Below, piece after piece: positions 26,001-38,323 of a DNA stretch of 64,000 nucleotides (its first letter is position 1; every line of letters starts with the position of its first letter). A program made the position numbers and the translations under genes. The stretch spans positions 170,316,001-170,380,000 of the forward strand of contig CM059425.1 in the NCBI GenBank assembly GCA_030390025.1, given 5' to 3'. Source of the stretch: Squalus acanthias. Lineage: Eukaryota. The notes beneath the pieces were generated by a model. That model saw nothing but the letters and a program-made list of their open reading frames with translations, did not search any database and was not told the origin of the DNA.

Positions 26001-26339
26001 TACCTGAAAGATGTTTGTGTCCCTTTAAGAGGTGCTGACTGCATCTATGTCAGTCTGCTGATCGCTGGGTTATCATTGGCAAGCTTAGGACCCAGCGCTG
26101 AACTCAGCGCTAAGGTCGAAGTTTGCTGATGATGTTAAGTCGGCGTTGCACACCAACTGACGTCACCCTCTCTTAATTTACATTTCCAGGGCCAGCGCTA
26201 CTATCGGCAGCCCTAAGGCCGTCACCAAAATGGCGGCCACCGATTCCTGCGCCAGAGAAGGGTGCTAGAGTGGCGGCCGCCATTTTTTGACTGGATTGCG
26301 GCAAATACTCATGGCAGTAAGTGGCCCAATGTCTCGGCC
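23061..26339. mobile_element. Decayed Harbinger transposon containing a nested second Harbinger (about 24095-25778)
   Basis: TIRs ggctcagaaatt / aatgtctcggcc, TSD CAA restoring CR1 ggagaccaaaactg; two Myb-like exon remnants (23451-23680, 24290-24510); (GAA)n at 24047-24081. Confidence 0.75.
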
Positions 26340-26684
26340 CAAAACTGTACACAAAACTCCTGGTGTGGTCTCACCAAGGCCCTAAATAATTGTAGTAAGA
26401 CTTCTTTACTCTTATACTCCAATCCCTTTGTAATAAAGGCTAGCATACCATTTGCTTTCCTAATTGCTTGCTGTACCTGTATGTTAACTATCTATGATTA
26501 GTGTACAAGGACACCCAGGTCCCTCTGAATACCAACATTTCCCAGTCTCTCATCATTTAAAAAATATTGCGCTTTTCTATTTTTCCTACCAAAGTGGATA
26601 ACCTCACATTTCTCCACATCATTTTCCATCTGCCGCCTTATTGCCCACTCACTTAACCTGTCTATATCCCTTTGCAGGCTCTTT

Positions 26685-27449
26685 GGGGGAGAAATTCGGC
26701 ATGTTAGCGCCCCCAGTTAGCGCCTGGCAGGGGTGCTGATGGGACGCACAGGCAGTAGCGCCGCGGCGGGGCTAATCCCAAGCCGCACGGCAAATTCGCC
26801 GGCCCCGTAACACCAGCGATAACAGTTAGCACCTCGCCACCTTTCGCCATGCAGATCGCGACATCAGCGAGCGTGCAATGCTCGCTGGGCGCCCAATCTG
26901 CAAACTTCAGTAGTGCCCCTGCCTTACCGCCTTGCGCCGACAGCGCCAGGGAGCGGGGGCGTGAACCAGCCGGCTGGCGGGGTGCTACTTAAAGGGATGC
27001 ACCCCAGCTGTCAAGGAACCTCCGTTCCAAAGGTCAGTTATGAGTGGCCAAGAGCGCACAATGTATCTGCAGCCAAATAAAGGCTACTTAGTCCCTGGAG
27101 TGTTGTGGGCGGGCAAAGGACTTTGCATTTCATCCCACAGCGTATCGCCGTTCGGCACTCCCCGAATCATTGGGGGCTGGTGTGCGGACTCCAGTGACCC
27201 TCCCCTTTAATGGCTGGAAGGCGCCTGCGCTAATGCTCACTCCCGATTACACAACACCTCATATTCGTTATCGCTTGGAACCTAACACCACTCACCTACG
27301 CCATTAGAGCCCGATTTAGCGCTCCTCTGCATTCTTTGAGCGCTGAGACTGAATTTAGTGGGCAGCGAGATTGACTAGCACCTGGCGCTAAACTTCCACC
27401 TTCTCAAAAGTTAGCGCCCCAACCGAAGCGATACCGAATTTCTAGCCCC
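26685..27449. mobile_element. Harbinger-type MITE
   Basis: Ends gggggagaaattcgg / ccgaatttctagcccc; repeated TTAGCGCC motifs; adjacent CR1 sequence is deleted so no TSD is visible. Confidence 0.7.
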
Positions 27450-28059
27450 TCAGCAAACTTGGAAACATTACACTCGGTCCCCTCATCTAAGTCATTAATA
27501 TAGGTTGTAAATAGCTGAGGCCCAAGCACTGATTCTTGCGGTACTCCAGTGAGACTGGAAAATAGTCTGGGACCCAGATATACTAGATTATTGTGCTGCA
27601 CTGGGAGTACCCATGGGGCCTTTTAGGAAGCAATGTCTCCACCCACCCCTTACAAAGCCAGCGGCGTGAGTGGGCAGCGCTTGGGTGCAAATGAGAAGGG
27701 AACTCCCTGCGTCAAGAGCCCCGCAATGTTGGCCTCTCAGAAGGTCGGGGCATTTTTGGAGGCTGGGACAGCCAATGAGAAAAGTTGTATCATCCTCATC
27801 TCCTACAGTGTGAGGGGCAAGTCTGATTGCCTTATCAGTGTTGGGGGGTGGTGGGGGGGAAAGTAATATTCTTCTCAGTAGGGTGGAAGGTGCCAGGTAA
27901 GATTTTCTTCTCACTGTGTCCAGGTCATATAATCTTACCATTTTTTCATGAAAGAGCCCCCTCTCCCACATCACACATCTTGCAAATTGGCACTGGCATT
28001 ATTTCTTCTCCCAACAAACCTCCAAGCCCCACGAAGAAAAATATACGACTGCAATTTCA

Positions 28060-28278
28060 CTTCTTTCTTCCTCTTTCCCCTTCCTGTCCTCTTTCACTCT
28101 CTTTCTCCCCTCTCACTCCCCTCCTCTCTCCCTCTTTCATTCTTCCTCTCTCCTTCTCTCCCCTGTTCCCCTCTTCCTCTGCTTTCCTTCCTATTCTCAT
28201 CCTCTCCCCTCCTCTCTCCCTCTCCATCATCGTCCTTTCTCCCCATCCTCTCCTCTCTCCCTCTCCTTCCCCCTCCCA
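28060..28278. repeat. Polypyrimidine low-complexity tract
   Basis: About 220 nt almost entirely C/T. Confidence 0.8.
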
Positions 28279-29142
28279 TATGACCCCTAGTGGCTATGTA
28301 ATGACTGGCTCTGAAATATTCACGCCTTTGATTAAATGGGACATAGCTAGAATACATTTGAAAGAAAACCATTTTCTTCATTGTGGTGCTGGCTGCTTTG
28401 CTTATGAACACTAATTCATATAGTGCAGGATATTGTTGCAGGGCAAGCTGTAATAGAGAAGCCATTTGTCAAGCATCTTGGAGAGGCACAGCTGCCCATA
28501 TCAATGGCATATTTAAACAAAATGGAGGCACCTTCCCTAACGATGTAACATCCATAATTTGTGGCAAGTAAAGTAAAAGTCCTGATACACTCAGGGCTGA
28601 AATATGAAAAGATACAATCAGTAAAATTACAATAAATTGCTAGCAATATGATAAAATAATGTTCTATATCATTGTTTCTGCCATTTCATGTGAAAGTTAT
28701 ATAACACCCTCACAGTCACATTGAAATAATATAAGTGATTTCTGCTTTATTTACCATTAGTAAATTCAAAAAACATAAAGTTTCTTTTGGAAGGTTAATA
28801 TTTACTTCTTATTGGATCGTAATAAAACATGCCACATTCTGTTTCCATGGAGATACAGAAGATATGTGCAGTATAGAACACAGTGACAACCTAGTACAGT
28901 GTTTACATTGTTATAAACTTTATTACAACACATATTACAATCCATTAAAGCACAGCATAGGGAGATTTCCTCTAGTGTCTCTGTGTTAGTGATATTATAC
29001 ATGAAGGAAGATTTGATTTGTTTGCTATTTCTGGTGTAATTGTAAATGTTACTAGAAGTAGTAATCGGTGAAATCTTACCACTGTTTACAATTTTACTGA
29101 AGTATGTTAACCAGAAGAACTCTCCCCACAATACTAACCAGG

Positions 29143-32070
29143 AGAACAGAAGAACATAACAATTCGGAGCAGTTGTAGGCCATACTCGCGCCTGCTCCGC
29201 CATTCAATAAGATCATGGCTGATCTTTGACCTCAACTCCACTTTCCCGCCCAATCCCCGTGTCCCTTGATTCCCCTAGAGTCCAAAAATCTATCTATCTC
29301 AGCCTTGAATATACTCAATGACTCAGCATCCACAGCCCTGTGGGGCAGAGAATTTCAAAGATTCACAACCCTCTGAGTGATGAAATTCCTCCTCATCTCA
29401 GTCTTAAATGGCCTACCCTTATCCTGAGACTATGCCCCCTAGTTCTAGACTCTTCAGCCAGAGAAAACAACTTCTCAGCATCTACCCTGTCAATCCCCCT
29501 CAGAATCTTGTATGTTTCAATGAGATCACCTCTCATTCTTCTAAACTCCAGAGAGTATAGGCCCAATCTACTTAATCTCTCCTCGTAGGACAACCCTCTC
29601 ATCCCAGGAATCAATCTAGTGAACCTTGGTTGTACCACCTCTAAGGCAAGTATATCCTTCCTCAGATAAGGAGACCAAAACTGTGCACAGTACTCCAGGT
29701 GTGGTCTCATCAAGTCCGTATATAATTGTAGTAAGACGCCTTTACTCTTATACTCCAATCCCTTTGTAATAAAGTCCAGCATACCATTTTCTTTCCTAAT
29801 TGCTTTCTGTACCTGCATGTTAACTATCTGTGATTCGTGTACAAGGACACCCAGGTCCCTCTGAATACCAACATATCCCAGTCTCTCAACATTTAAAAAA
29901 TATTCTGCTTTTCTATTATTCCTACCAAAGTGGATAACTTCACATTTCTCCACGTTATATTCCATCTGCCATGGTCTTGCCCACTCATTTAACCTGTCTA
30001 TATCACTTTGAAAATGTGTCCTCTTCACAGTTTACATTCCCACCTAGCTTTGTATTGTCAGCAAACTTGGATACATTACACTCGGTTCCCTCATCTAAGT
30101 CACTAATATAGATGGTAAAATGCTGAGGCCCAAGCACTGATCCTTGCGGTACTCCACCATTTACAGCCTGCCAACCCGAAAATGACCGGTTTATTCCTAC
30201 TCTCTGTTTTCTGTCGTTAACCAATCCTCTCTCCATGCCCCCAACTCCATGAGCCCTTACCTTACGTGACAACCTTTTATGTGGCACCTTATCGAATGCC
30301 TTTACATCCTCAAAAAATTCTAAGGGCTCGATTTTACTAATGGAGGCGGGTTGAGGGCAGGCCCGCTGCTCGGCGGCTTTCTGACTCACTCCCGGCTGCC
30401 GCCTCCCATCAGTTACTATTTTGGGTTGATTGGCCTCGTTACAGTCGACGTGCGGGTCCCTCCAGGCAATTGCTTGGAGGCTGTCAGTTTCTCACGTCTG
30501 ATGACGCGTTGTTTGAATGAAAATTTAAAGGGGCCATGTCCCCTTTGGAAAAAATGTCAATGGGATGGATTGGTGCTGTATTATATAGAAAGGGGAGTTG
30601 ACAGCGTCTTCTGAACAAAATTTAATGAATGAAATTGCTGGTCATATTATTCCAGAAAGATATTTATGATTTTTTTATATATTAATTTATTATCTGACTA
30701 TGAAATGAAAAAGATGCCAGATTTATTCCAATCATTGGCTTAGCAATATTAATACTTTTTTCTCTTAAAGGTGCTGGCTGCTGCAGGAACGGCAGCCCCA
30801 ATAACTAAGGCTGCACCCAGGTTCAATGAGGGCTCTCTCCATGCTCTTCTTGAGGGAGTTAGAGGATGTCAGGAGCTCCTCCTCCCTGGAAACGGAAGGA
30901 GGAGGCCTCCTCAGCAAACCAAGGCAGCTTGGCTGCAAATTGCTGAGGAGGTGAGCTCGAGGTCTGTGTGCAGATGCACATGGGTTCAGTGTGGGAAAAG
31001 GTTTAATGATCTGCTGAGATCACCTAAAGTGTGGCCTCTGTGTTCTGGGAAATGGAAATTCAAGAGTGAGGGCTCAGGGTGATTTCCATGTAGAATGATG
31101 GTGGTGACACTGAGCACAAACCACCGTTTATTGGACAGATGATACCTGGGGTTTCAAGAATGTCGGACTTATATTCATCTCCATGTGCCAGCCACTTGTG
31201 GTTGAAGTGTAAGCTTATGCGAATCTGGCATGGATGAGTGCATCCCTTGCCTGACGGCCAGCAATGTGGTCGCCTGCTGCTGGATTGGCCACATCCGGCC
31301 CCACAAGGAGTCACTCCCCATCCTCCTCCCCATCCTCCTCCTCATCCTCCTCCTCATCTTCTTCCTCATCCTCTTCATCTTCCTCCAAGGAGGTTGTGTG
31401 CTGAGCCATTTGTTCATCCGGCAGCACTAAGCCGCACTGCTCTGATGACCAGGATGAGGGGATGTAAATGATTCCCATTCCGTTGTTATAGATTTCAGTT
31501 GAGGCAAGAAGCTTGGAAGCGCACACTCAAAGTGGGCTGAAATTATTCCCAATCAGTTCAAACAGCAGATGTGTGTCAGCTTGACCAGTCACAAGGTCAG
31601 TAGATTTGCAAAATCTTATCCCAAACCTCCAACAACAAAGTTGTTGCAGTTGAATGCCAACCATGTTACAGGAGCGCTTTTAAAGTTCTGCACCAATAAT
31701 GACTACAGATCATGTCCTCCAGCAACTCGACTCCTTGCAGCTGGACTGTTTCTGACAAGATGGGAAACAGGAGCCAGAGGCACGAAAATGGGAAACCTCT
31801 CTCAAAATAGGATTATCAAGGCAGTTAACAGGCTCTTAACTACCTGTCCCACCGGTTGGAGTCGGGTCAGTTTGGGAACAGCTGAACAGACACTCACGAA
31901 AATTGCGTGGGGGCGGGATGGAGGCGAGTTGGGTGTCTGAAGCCATTTTTTCCGAGTTTAGCAGCAGACACGTCTCCAAACCCTCCTCCTCAGGACTGTT
32001 AAAATCGAGCCCTAATATATCTGTTAAACGCTATTTCTCTTTCATAAAACCATGTTGACTCTGCCTAATC
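29143..32070 (-). mobile_element. CR1 LINE 3' portion (29143-30323 plus 32013-32070) interrupted by a Harbinger
   Basis: KAFDKVPH, GVPQGSVLGP, KFADNTK, RPHLEYCAQFWSP motifs in ORFs 29393-30028 and 30003-30389. Confidence 0.9.
30324..32012. mobile_element. Internally deleted Harbinger transposon
   Basis: Perfect TIR GGGCTCGATTTTA / TAAAATCGAGCCC, TSD TAA; Myb-like exon at 30771-31028 (APRFNEGSL...WVQCGKRFNDL); transposase 5' remnant on - near 31190-31520. Confidence 0.9.
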
Positions 32071-33186
32071 TGAACTCTCCCCAATACTGACAGACAAACT
32101 CTCCCCACTGACCAGAGGCTCTCTCCCCAGTATACTGACCAGGGTAATTATCTCCCCACTGTTTTGTGTTAGTGGTAAACTGACATCATTTCTTTGAAAC
32201 CTATGCATAATCATTTATTCTCTGGCAGTTTGACATGTCATTTCAAAATATATTCATGTTTTCAATCATGTTAAAAGTGATAGAATGATAGAATGGGGAC
32301 GATTTTCATCTCACTACCACCCTATATTTTAGCACAAACAGGACAGTGCTGGAACCAAAACGAGTGGCTGCTGGCCCCATCATAGTACCGCTGCTTTGAA
32401 GCCCATTCCAATTTTCAGGCAGACTTGAATCCTGGAGGCCAGAGCTCCTTGGCGAAATCCTGATGCATACAAATAGGGGTTGAGCAGCGTCGTTTAGAGT
32501 CCAACACCATTTTGGCTCTGCTCGCCTGACGACTGCCATTTCTTGCTTCCACCCACCAACCATGGGTGGTCCAAGTCGGGAGGGGGCCATTTCCAGTGAT
32601 ACTTAAAATGATCCACAGCTGATATCAGGTAAAGCTAGATGATGCTTTTGGAGACATTGGGCTGGATTTTCAATGACCCGTGGAGTCGGGTTTGGAGGCA
32701 TGTGGGGGGTTAAAATAGCAAAGTGGCGGGCGGACCTGATCCCGACTCCATTCCACCTCCACGCAATTTTGACAAAATCGGTCGCGGGGTTCCCGACTCT
32801 GTCCCGCCTCCAAGAGGCGGGAGAAGCCATTAAAGCCCTTAACAAGCCCTAAATTGGCTCTGTAATGCCATTTTGAAGCATTTTAGGTAGTTTAACCCTT
32901 TTCCTACGTGAAGTACGCCTGATGTGAAACACGCCAGTGAAACCTGGCGGGAGCACAAGTGGATAGCTGACTCTCAGCTGCAGCTCAACCTTTAAATAGG
33001 AGATTTGATCAGCCATCAATTGCAGGTGGCAGGACTTTGTTGTCACAGGTCTGGTGGAACTTTTAGAAGGCATAACCACAGCTCTGGAAGTTCGGAGCCT
33101 GACACCCATCTGTAGTGTGACCTCCTGGGAAACCCCTCTCGCCACCCTCATTGAGCGCTTCCTCAACTGAGACATATACCAGAGGC

Positions 33187-34428
33187 ATGGGAGCCATTTA
33201 TTTCCTTCCCTCCTGGGCATCCGATGAGGATGAACAACAGCCGTGGCACCAGCAGAACCATGAACAACAGCAGCACCAACAGCAGCAGCAACAGCAGGAG
33301 CACCAAGCTGCTGCTCACCCACCTGAAGCTGCACAGGACAGAAGGGGCCAACGCATGGAAGGCCGTCAGCGCAGGAGATACCCCACAAACAGGGTCTACA
33401 GACAAAGGATCAGCTACCTCAACATGTCTGAGCAGCAGTGCCAAAGGCGGCTCCGACGTTCGCGAGAGGTAGTGGGTGACATCTGCGCAATGCTGCAACA
33501 AGACCTGGAGCCCAGCGGACCATGTGGACGCCCCTTACCAGTGGGCGTCAAAGTCACCACCGCACTCAACTTTTTTGCCTCAGGCTCATTCCAAGGATCA
33601 GCAGCAGACATCAGCGGCATCTCCCAGGCGGCCGCACACACCTGCATCACGCAGGTAACCGATGCCCTCTTTGCCATCGCGCACAATCACATCCATTTCA
33701 CCAAGGATCGAGCAAGTGTCACGGCGCGTGCGGTTGGATTAGCTAATCTGGCAGGCTTTCCAAGGGTGCAGGGCATCATTGACTGCACACATGTGGCCCT
33801 TAAGGCACCCCATCGCAATCCAGGTATTTTTGTCAACCGCAAGGGCTTCCACTCCCTCAACGTTCAGCTGGTGTGTGACCACAAGAAGGAAGTTCTGCAT
33901 GTTTGTGCCAAGTACCCTGGCAGTTGCCATGACTCCTTCATACTGCGGCAGTCTAGTGTGCCTCCGCTATTCAGTCCGCCAGACCAACTTCACGGATGGC
34001 TACTTGGAGACAAGGGCTATCCCCTGAAGACGTGGCTAATGACGCCATTGAGGAGCCCATCCAATGCAGCTGAGGAGAGCTACAACTCCAGCCACATTTC
34101 CACCAGAGCCATAATCAAGCAAACCATCGGTATGCTGAAGATGCGCTTCAGATGCCTGGATAGATCAGGTGGAGCCCTGCAATACTCAGCAGCCAGGGTC
34201 TCCAGAATCGTCGTGGTTTGCTGTGCACTTCACAACATGGCACAGCGTCGTGGCTTACAGATGCCGGAGGACCAAGTGGCTCCTCACATAGCCTCCTCAG
34301 TTGAGGAGGAGGAGGAGGAGAGAGAGAACGAACAACTTGCAGAGGCCCCTCAACCAGCAGCAGCATTACGCAAGACCATAGCTGCCCGGAATGCAAGGAA
34401 CGCACTCATCTTGGCCAGATTTGCTTAG
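33187..34428 (+). CDS. Harbinger (HARBI1-like) DDE transposase, 413 aa, open frame but catalytic Glu replaced by Lys
   Basis: [62 protein letters not shown] where sister copies read IIEQTIG. Confidence 0.9.
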   Translation: MGAIYFLPSWASDEDEQQPWHQQNHEQQQHQQQQQQQEHQAAAHPPEAAQDRRGQRMEGRQRRRYPTNRVYRQRISYLNMSEQQCQRRLRRSREVVGDICAMLQQDLEPSGPCGRPLPVGVKVTTALNFFASGSFQGSAADISGISQAAAHTCITQVTDALFAIAHNHIHFTKDRASVTARAVGLANLAGFPRVQGIIDCTHVALKAPHRNPGIFVNRKGFHSLNVQLVCDHKKEVLHVCAKYPGSCHDSFILRQSSVPPLFSPPDQLHGWLLGDKGYPLKTWLMTPLRSPSNAAEESYNSSHISTRAIIKQTIGMLKMRFRCLDRSGGALQYSAARVSRIVVVCCALHNMAQRRGLQMPEDQVAPHIASSVEEEEEERENEQLAEAPQPAAALRKTIAARNARNALILARFA

Positions 34429-34685
34429 CCTAGACAAGCAAGCACTTTTGCCTCGCAGCTTCTTACCAGAGCTACGACAATGGCCCAGACCCAACGGATC
34501 CCAAACAATGTGACCACCATACTGACAATTGCAAGTTATCCTAAGGCCTCATTGTGGAAGTCCCATTAGCGAAATGACAGATGCCACAACTGCAGCTGTA
34601 GCCATCAGAGTTTTTATTTACACTTTACACCTGATGGCTTTTTCACATTAAACATCAAAATTCACCCAAGTGACTACCCTTGTGA

Positions 34686-36647
34686 CTATTTGTGCAGTTT
34701 CTTTCTCTTACGCGTGCTCCTACGTGGTGCTTCCCCTGTGGCTTCAGCAGAAGTGGAGGCCCCCTGCTCAGTTTGTTGCTGCTCCTGTCTTGACTCCTTT
34801 GGCGGGCGTCCTCTGGGGTTGCGAACCTGAGAGGGCTCAGCAACAGTCTGCTGCTCCTGCGGCTGGGCAGGGGTTGAGATGCCGATCTCACTTGGGTGCG
34901 GACTCTGGGGCTCTGACCGAGGACTTGTCAGTGGCATGGAAGTGTGAGCGCTTGGAGAGGAGCCCCCACCTCCTTGTTGTCTGCCACCAACATCCCTCTC
35001 ATGGGTCAGGTCCACCTCAGCGCTTGCAAGTGGCTTGACAGCACCTTGCTGCACATCAGGGGGGCCATGGGGACCCGTATCTGCACTGGAAGTCCTACTC
35101 AGAAGGACTTCCATGAAGGTCTGGTTTCTCTGTTCCATAGATGACCATTGCTCCTCAAGAGATGCCAGTCTATTCTGAACAATGACCATGTTTTCTACAC
35201 TCTGGCGACTTATCTCCTCCATAGCCGTAGCCATCCTCTCCTCTACTGTAGCCATCCTTTCCACGGAGGTTGCCATCCTTTCCGTGGTGATGCGTTCATG
35301 CGCCAATGACTCCACAAAGGCTCTGCTCATGTTCGCTATGGACTCCTCCATTCGCTCCACACTCATAGCGACCCTGGAGACAAAACCTGTCAGAGACTCC
35401 TGCATCTGTTCCTGGAGTCCCAGCACCGCTGATCTTATGGATGGACCCAGAGGCAGAGGGTCGACATGCAGCTGAGCCGAGCTAGGAGAGTCCTGCGCCC
35501 TCCGACTAGGACTCTCCACTGCTGTCCCTGTCTCCACCATCTGCTGATGCTCACTTGTGAGCTGTGATACACCAGGTGACAACACTACTCTATGTCCCGA
35601 GGGTCCCACCGAGGTGTGAGTGTCTGCGTTGGTGCTGGGTGCGCTGAGTTCTGCTGACGCTGCGCCCTCAGAGGTTGCAGCTTCCTCTGAGGAGTCTGTC
35701 TGCTCAGGCTCTTCCTCCTGGCTAGTGGGGACGGGTGCTTGCGATGGTCCTGTGGGGGAGTAAAGGAAAGAGTCAGAGATGTGATGCCAAGGTTACATGC
35801 ACATTGCATATTGCAGATGATCGTAAATCCATCTGTTAGAGCTTCAGATTCATTATCAGCGACTCATGCAATGTCAATGAGAGTGATGGAACACTATTCA
35901 GTCACCAGCTTGCTCTGATGCACCCGTCTGTCCGTCCCCCACTTGCGTATCCTCCTCTACTCCCACGATCTCCAGGACCACATCCTCCCAGGGGGTGAGC
36001 TGGGCTAATGAGGGTAGCTCTCCTCCTGTCCTGGCTCTTTCCCTTTCATTGTGAGCTCTCTTTTCCTGCTATGAGGGAGACAAGTGGAGGTTGAGTGAGA
36101 TTGAAGGAGTGAGTGTAGAGAGTCCATAGCATAGATGCTTAGAAGGAGACAAAGATGGATTGAGGTGGCAAGACTAAGGGCCCTCCCTGTGTGTTGTAAG
36201 TTGTTTTCAAAGCATGACAGTGATAGGTAGTGTGAGGGCTGCATAGTCGAATAGTAAGGTGAATGTGACCATAGAGGGAAAGGGAATGGGTAAAGGTGCA
36301 TGGATGTCAGTGTCAAGTGGGATATGGAGGAAGAGGTTGCTAAAGCTGAGTGCTGGTGAGGAGAGGCAATGGGGATCAGATTGAGGGTGAAGGGAAAGTC
36401 ATACTCACTTTTGCAGTACGTAGAAGGTCATGAAACCTCTTCCTGCACTGGATCCAGGTTCTGCAGGTGAATGATAAGGAGTTGACCTCCTGTGCGATCT
36501 GGACCCACACAGCCTTGGTCTGCTGGGAGGCTTCTTCCTCCCTGAGGAGGGGAAGAGCACCTCTCTGTTGGTTCTTGCTCCATCCACCAAAGCTTGCAGG
36601 GCAACGTCATCGAACCTGGGAGCAGACCTGGGTCATTGGTTGGCCAT
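34686..36647 (-). pseudogene. Myb/SANT-like (trihelix) DNA-binding partner gene of element A; exons 36647-36409, 36065-35906, 35749-34686
   Basis: GT-AG junctions conserved with element B; exon 1 has TGA at codon 5 (36633-35) and is 239 nt versus 240 nt in B (frameshift); exons 2 and 3 are open. Confidence 0.85.
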
Positions 36648-37557
36648 TCCTGCTGCAGTTGCCTTTAGAATAGAGGTCCAAAAGCTTGGCAGCCTGCAGA
36701 AGAAGCAAGGCTTGTTGCAGACCTTAAATGCAGCAGCAATGATGACATCATCGGAGGCGACTTTCAGACTGGAATAACTCATTGGCCATGGGTTCCCACA
36801 TGTTGGAACTCAATTGGCCAATTAAGTTAAAATCGCATCATCCACATTAATCTGGAGTCGGGTGGGCAACACGAAATGCGGGTAACACGACCCCAACCCG
36901 CCCCAGTATCAAAATCCAGCCCATTATTGTGGCAGAGTTTTCCACCTTAACAGATTTGGAAGCTTGTGCAGTTAGGGTTGTAGGTTCGGCACTCCTGTTG
37001 TCTGCTGTTCCATAGTATTGCTTCTTTCTTAGTGCTGCAGGCGCTTGACAAGCGGCCACACCGCCTATTTTCCTGCCTCCAAATCGGCAAGATACCTACT
37101 TTCCGCTGGCAACTCATCAACTACATAATAATGAGGGATGACCTCGAAAATCAAATGTGCCGAGTCCCCTGGGTGGCCGGCGGTCATCCTGCCCACTGCC
37201 AGCCTGTTTGCCGTGCACGGACAAACTCGATTTTCAGTTTAAATAGAAAAAATATGTGTCAGTGTTGGAAATCTGAAATAAGAACAGAAGATGCTAGAAG
37301 TACACAGCAGGTCTGTTACCCTCAGGTGCCGGTGGACAGGCTGTGTATTTCCAGCACCTTTTGGTTTTATTTTCGGTAACTTACCGATGCTCTCTCTCTA
37401 TCCCTCTAGGAATTCTTGGGGTAGAATTTCCACAGGGGTTCTCCCAATTTTCCATTGAAACCACGGTGTAGGATTGGGGTAAACCCTGGAGAAATTATGT
37501 AAGTAGCTATTTCCGCCATCTTTCTGCTGATCTTCCACCGAAGTTACAGCGGGAAAT

Positions 37558-37890
37558 AAAAGAAAAGAAAGACTTGCATTTATATAGCGCCTTTCACGAC
37601 CACTGGATGTCCCAAAGTGCTTTACAGCCAATGAAGTCATTTTTTTTTGAAGTGTAGTCACTGTTGTAATGTTGGAAATGCGGCATCCAATTTGCGCTCA
37701 GCAAGCTCCCACAAACAGCAATGTGATAATGACCAGATAATCTGTTTTTGTCATGTTGATTGAGGGATAGATATTGGCCAGGACACCAGGGATAACTCCC
37801 CCACTCGTCTTCAAAATAGTGCCATGGGATCTTTTACGTCCACCTGAGAGAGCAGACAGGACCTTGGTTTAACGTCTCATCCGAAAGACA
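37558..37890 (-). mobile_element. Deu-domain SINE (SacSINE1-like), 5'-truncated
   Basis: gtctttcggatgagacgttaaacc...caggtggacgtaaaagatcccatggcac core and L2-like tail. Confidence 0.75.
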
Positions 37891-37924
37891 ATCTCCATGG
37901 AAATTCTAACCCTTGGAAGACTTT

Positions 37925-38170
37925 CAGTGACAGTAGGCTGAGGTAGGAATGGAGGTGGGCAATGTGACGGAAGTAGACGTGGGTGTTCTTTGTGATGGAG
38001 AGGATATGAGGTCAGAAGCTCAGCTCAGGATCAAATAGGGCACTGAGTTTGGGAATAGTCTGGCTCAGCCTCAGGTAATGGCTAGATCAAGAGTTGGACT
38101 CAGTGGCGAGAGTATAGGGTCTGTGGTGGTGGCCAAAGGTGATGAATTTGATCTCCCCAATCTTTAGCTT
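37925..38170 (-). mobile_element. Old L2-type LINE fragment
   Basis: Diverged reverse complement of 6170-6410. Confidence 0.6.
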
Positions 38171-38323
38171 GGGGATTTCGTCCCTTGGTCATTCTCCCTC
38201 TGCTGTAGGGGGCCGTGATGGGGCGGACAGAGATTCCACCTCAAACAGGCGCTCTGGAAAGTAAGATTTCAGGCGTATTTGAGTCTGGGCCTTCCATTGC
38301 AGTCCTGAAAGACTGACACCAAG

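Larger units (their letters stand above)
20506..27555 (-). mobile_element. CR1 LINE 3' portion split by three Harbinger insertions
   Basis: CR1 pieces 20506-20875, 22909-23060, 26340-26684 and 27450-27555 are colinear with the CR1 copy at 29143-30323. Confidence 0.85.
32659..36922 (+). mobile_element. Full-length two-gene PIF/Harbinger transposon (element A, 4264 bp)
   Basis: Perfect 12-bp TIR GGGCTGGATTTT / AAAATCCAGCCC, TSD ATT (32656-58, 36923-25), transposase on +, convergent spliced Myb-like gene on -. Confidence 0.95.

Noticed and set aside
27827..28465. Leu/Ser/Pro-rich and Arg/Glu-rich ORFs
   Set aside because: Both strands of a polypyrimidine low-complexity tract.
33187..34428. Host gene HARBI1
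   Set aside because: The ORF lies between TIRs with a TSD and has several paralogous decayed copies nearby, so it is a transposon gene.
32659..36922. Currently autonomous active transposon
   Set aside because: Catalytic Glu is mutated and Myb-like exon 1 has a stop and a frameshift.
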